From: Stegostoma tigrinum
Taxonomy: Eukaryota
Reading direction: 5' to 3'
Assembly: GCF_030684315.1 (NCBI RefSeq)
Contig: NC_081396.1
Location: 372,001-436,000 of the forward strand
DNA: 64,000 nt
The translations under genes were made by a program, and so were the position numbers. The notes below the pieces were generated by a model. The model made no database searches. It was not told where the DNA came from and saw nothing but the letters and a program-made list of their open reading frames with translations. Positions 63,101-64,000 of this stretch are shown here, one piece after another (the first letter of the stretch is position 1; every line of letters begins with the position of its first letter).

Positions 63101-64000
63101 AGCAGAATATCCAGGCCTTTTCTTTTGCTGTGGCCAAATCGAAGGCCCATGGGTTCATATGGTCGACCGTTTCCTGCGTCTGTTGGGACGTGGTACCAGA
63201 CTCCGATGGAAAGAGGAGGTCTGCTTTGATGTTGACCAGGTAAGCCAATGTTAAAAAATAATGCATGGTAGATTTAAAACTATACATGTTAATCCTGGCA
63301 ATTTTAAAGCCCATTTTAAGAGTTTATAGGAATACATAATGCCTTTTCCTGTGGTGTGAGCGAACTGTTGGGTGCTCTCTGCACTGAGATAGCTGGCCTA
63401 TTTCTCCCCCAGATTGTTGCCCTGAACCAGTGTTGTCAGAGTGAGAATGAAGCCAGGAAAGTCCCATTCTGAATCCAACAGAGGCACTGCTTGCTCAGTT
63501 CCTGATTCGAAGCATCACTATTCCCATTTGTCCGGCGCTGTGTGTGGTGGTTACTGCATAGTTCCCAGTGAATGGATATTGGGCTTCATTTGGGCCCTTG
63601 GGTTGTCCAGCATTTCCAAGTTGGAAAGTTGGCTACTTCCCTCCTTCTCCACCGTCGTGTTCTGCATTTTTTTCTGTTGATGGCCATCCTTCTGCACATC
63701 TTCATCATCAGAGGAGCTGCTGGTATATCCATTCCATAACTGCATCTTTCCATGTTTATATTAGGCTTTAGGGGACTGATGTGTTTTTCTTTTTCTGGTT
63801 GTTTCTCACTGGTATCCACTCCCCCACCTTTTTCTTTTCCTCTTCCTCCGTTGACTCCATCTAGGTTAGGTCGAGGTTGGATCAGTTGTTATGTCACCCT
63901 GCTGGTTTCCTTTTCCTCCTCTCTGGCCTGTTCCCCCTTCTCAGTGCTTCTTGTTTCAGTTTTCTTGCTGGGCGGTAGCACCTCTTTGAGCTTTGGGGGT
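60150..64000 (-). mobile_element. Degenerate Tx1-clade LINE (ORF1 tail; ORF2 starting at 63314)
   Basis: MGFKIARINM...KADLLF, GDFN, SDH, WKLNVKLL, EQDETCSPFFFQKVH, LSKMGFG...SGVRQGC; many stops and frameshifts. Confidence 0.9.
60903..61619 (-). mobile_element. Solo LTR (717 bp) inserted in the Tx1 element
   Basis: TG...CA termini with 4-bp TSD GTAC (60899-902, 61620-23). Minus-strand TATAAAA at ~61093-87, AATAAA at 60987-82, ~40-bp direct repeats at ~61460-61570. Confidence 0.82.

Noticed and set aside
19100-64000. Additional V/D/J, TCR-like or second-cluster segments upstream of the IgW V
   Set aside because: No ORF with V-domain hallmarks. Isolated heptamers (e.g. 21694, 22732, 22921, 25701, 47886) lack a correctly spaced nonamer. 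A small segment hidden in the 285-N gap cannot be excluded.

Overview
Cartilaginous-fish (shark) genomic DNA. Positions 1-18.9 kb hold an apparently intact, unrearranged IgW heavy-chain cluster on the minus strand. Its order is leader-V-(23RSS), (12)D1(23), (12)D2(12), (23)J, a 7.3-kb J-C intron, CH1, CH2, a Cys-rich secretory exon for the short IgW form, then CH3, CH4 and CH5. CH6 and the long-form secretory and TM exons must lie beyond position 1. The leader, D1, D2, J and short secretory exon are absent from the ORF track and were read by hand from the DNA. The remaining ~45 kb contains no further V/D/J segment that I can find. It is mostly old repeats: CR1, Rex1, L2 and Tx1 LINEs, HE1 and other SINEs, Penelope elements with minimal hammerhead ribozymes, a Gmr1-type Gypsy element, a solo LTR and satellites. 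There is also a 285-N gap, and a CpG-island promoter at ~53.9 kb with cell-cycle-type motifs followed by possible decayed exons. The main system is a known one; I see no wholly new system. The best leads are a B-lineage motif cluster just upstream of J, asymmetric RSSs, a weak CH1 splice donor, a 730-bp palindrome in the J-C intron and the orphan cell-cycle promoter. Repeat boundaries are approximate unless termini or TSDs are quoted, and family calls rest on motif recognition, not database searches.
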